A stretch of 64,000 nt of DNA from NCBI GenBank assembly GCA_030428945.1, contig JAUIEC010000001.1, forward strand, positions 156,438 through 220,437, read 5' to 3'. Shown here one piece after another: positions 62,307 to 64,000 of this stretch. How positions within the stretch are numbered: position 1 is the stretch's first letter; each line of letters starts with the position of its first letter. Below the pieces are notes generated by a model. The model saw only the letters and a program-made list of their open reading frames with translations. It was not told the origin of the DNA and ran no database searches. Source of the stretch: Phycisphaerae bacterium (GTDB lineage: Bacteria; Planctomycetota; Phycisphaerae; UBA1845; Fen-1342). The translations under genes and the position numbers were made by a program.

Positions 62307-62801
62307 TCAGAGCTTCCAGAGACCGTGCTCGATTCCGCCGAGAATGTAAATCGAGAACGTGCCGTGATCGGGAATCTCCATGGGCGGCAGCGCTATCTCC
62401 GCGCCGGCTGCTTTGGCGGCCTTGACCGCGGCTTCGATGTCATCCACGAGAATGTACGGTCGCACGACCGGCTGTTCCGTCGCACGCATCGGCGCCCGCA
62501 CGCCGATCCGCCCCCCGTCCTTGAGTTTGGCCGTGCGGGCGTTGCCCAGCGCCGCGACGGCTTCGCCGAAGACCACACCATGCGCCCTGGCCAGGGCCGC
62601 GCACGTTTCGTTCACCTGGGGCGTGACAATCTCGAGGTACTGGACTTTCAAGGTCTGTTCCTTTCCTCGCTTCTCGGCCTGGCTGGCGGACTCGGCGCTG
62701 GTCTGCCCGGGATCCACGGTGAACCGGACACCCGCCGTTGCGCCGACGAGCAGCAACGGGGCCAGGCACAGGATGCTCCAACGGATTGGTGATGAGATCA
62801 T
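62307..62801 (-). CDS. Secreted VOC/glyoxalase-like small protein (assignment weak)
   Basis: Signal peptide MISSPIRWSILCLAPLLLVGATAG. The C-terminal YILVDDIEAAVKAAKAAGAEIALPPMEIPDHGTFSIYILGG resembles a VOC-fold half-site. Confidence 0.5.
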   Translation of the reverse strand: MISSPIRWSILCLAPLLLVGATAGVRFTVDPGQTSAESASQAEKRGKEQTLKVQYLEIVTPQVNETCAALARAHGVVFGEAVAALGNARTAKLKDGGRIGVRAPMRATEQPVVRPYILVDDIEAAVKAAKAAGAEIALPPMEIPDHGTFSIYILGGIEHGLWKL

Positions 62802-62845
62802 GGTTGCTTTTCTCCTGCGCGTGCTGCGGACTGGTCATCGGGCGG

Positions 62846-63652
62846 TCAGCCCACCTGCGGCATCGGGAACCGTTCGTTCATCCACGCCTGCCAGCGCGGC
62901 CGGTCGCGCTCGACGGCGGCCTGCGCCTCGGCACCGTACAGGTAGATCGCCATGTGCACCATGACCATCTCGCCACACGGGAACGCACCAACGTAGGCCG
63001 TCCCGGGCAGCGGCGCGTCAAGGCCCAGCAGCACCGTGGTCGCGTGCATCCCGTCTCCCATCGAAACCCCGGCCAGGGGCGGGACGCCATCCGGCGCACG
63101 CCATCGCTGCCCCTCGGCCACCGGCACCAGGCCCAGCGGTCCGCCCAGTTGTTCCCAGGCCTCGGCCGCCGATCCCTGCGCGTAGCTGACGAACTGCATC
63201 GCCGCGCACGCCGCGCCGCGGAACGAATCGAGATAGCGATGCAGGACCCGGAAGATCGCCGGCCAGCCCTGTTCCAGACCGTCAAGCTGGTTGTCCCAGT
63301 CGTCGGTGCTGGCGAACAGGCTGTGCACGACCCGGACCACGCAGCGGCCTCCCGCGACGGCCTCGACGGTCCACTCGGTCGCGACCGGCGGCGAGTCGGG
63401 CGGCCCCATCGTGCCCTCGGCCACGAAGCGGTGCGGCGCGTCCCAGGTGGTGATCGTGGCCGGGCAGTCCATTCCCGGCCCGAAGTTCGAAACCACCTGG
63501 CCGCCCGCACGCTCCTCGCTGCGGGTCGGCACGAACCAGGACGAAATGCCCGGCCCGGTGGCGATGGCCCGCCAGACTTCCTCGGGCGTTCCCGGGACCT
63601 CGACTTCGACGCTGACCGATCGACGGCCGGATTCTTCCTTCCTGATGCTCAT
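62846..63652 (-). CDS. SRPBCC family (AHSA1 / polyketide-cyclase-like) protein
   Basis: The start was moved to MSIRKEESGRRSVSVEVEVPGTPEEVWRAIATGPGISSWF, a typical SRPBCC/AHSA1 N-terminus. The upstream 70 codons are Arg-rich low complexity. Confidence 0.65.
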   Translation of the reverse strand: MSIRKEESGRRSVSVEVEVPGTPEEVWRAIATGPGISSWFVPTRSEERAGGQVVSNFGPGMDCPATITTWDAPHRFVAEGTMGPPDSPPVATEWTVEAVAGGRCVVRVVHSLFASTDDWDNQLDGLEQGWPAIFRVLHRYLDSFRGAACAAMQFVSYAQGSAAEAWEQLGGPLGLVPVAEGQRWRAPDGVPPLAGVSMGDGMHATTVLLGLDAPLPGTAYVGAFPCGEMVMVHMAIYLYGAEAQAAVERDRPRWQAWMNERFPMPQVG

Positions 63653-63948
63653 GTCGTCTTCCTTTCTTTCGCGGTCCCGGGGGTTGGATAGGCTCCGACG
63701 ATCAGCCGATGTCGCCGTCCGCCGGGTGCGGATTCGTCGTGATAGCGGGAGACCAGCGCGGTGACCGCGGCGGTCAGTTCGCGGCTGAATGCGGCCCGCG
63801 CTTCGGCGGACCGGAATCGAACTTTCGTATCGATCGAGAGCGTCGCCAGCCGTTTGTTGCACTCCGCGGACTTGCGCTGCAACTGCCCCAGTTCGCGAAC
63901 CACCCGGGCGGCCAGCGCCACCAGGTAGCTCGCGGCCAGGCGATCCAT
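63649..63948 (-). CDS. Hypothetical protein, possibly a small transcriptional regulator (ArsR-like partner of the SRPBCC gene); may extend beyond the window
   Basis: ATGA overlap with the SRPBCC gene start. Helical, Arg-rich. The 5' end is near the window edge. Confidence 0.35.
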   Translation of the reverse strand: MDRLAASYLVALAARVVRELGQLQRKSAECNKRLATLSIDTKVRFRSAEARAAFSRELTAAVTALVSRYHDESAPGGRRHRLIVGAYPTPGTAKERKTT

Positions 63949-64000
63949 GTTCCGCTCGGGATCGACGGCCGCGGGTCCGAGCGCGTCGGGCGAAACGACG

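Overview
This is a 64-kb segment of a very high-GC bacterial chromosome (about 70% GC by eye). The lineage looks Planctomycetota-like, based on a DUF1559 prepilin-type H-X9-DG protein, a PEP-CTERM protein, dockerin-tagged FG-GAP/ASPIC-UnbV proteins and a divergent ECF sigma factor / Ser-Thr kinase pair. I support about 50 protein genes and one tRNA-Pro(TGG). Many long ORFs in the track run antisense to real genes and are high-GC artefacts. The stand-out locus is a seven-gene, translationally coupled operon at 23.7-31.0 kb. It is headed by a type VI secretion VgrG spike and carries a LysM/PG-binding protein, a HExxH metallopeptidase with a C-terminal LysM, a split PAAR protein, a 128-aa unknown, a 395-aa protein with a YkuD-like Cys/His motif and a DUF4123 adaptor. 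None of these has a signal peptide, and no T6SS sheath or baseplate genes lie within the window. I read it as an orphan vgrG cargo island with uncharacterised peptidoglycan-directed effector candidates. It sits divergently next to an ECF sigma factor / zf-HC2-kinase-TPR pair. The second notable layer is non-coding. Heptamer tracts (GCAAGTRA, GGGAACA) sit in sense orientation at or immediately after stop codons of at least ten genes. The GCAAGTRA tract gives stop codons in all three frames and sometimes supplies the last codons of the protein. These tracts combine with a conserved ~80-bp core (three copies), GGGAGCGA octamer tracts, large palindromic repeats upstream of a B12-radical SAM gene and CCCACCCT/AGGGTGGG hairpin units into composite intergenic elements. 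Housekeeping content includes trxB, ispG, scoAB, a DEAD-box helicase, a GH5 hydrolase, a GT2 and a histidine kinase / response regulator pair. All coordinates come from codon counting against the supplied ORF track. Domain calls rest on motifs I can read in the translations, not on database searches.
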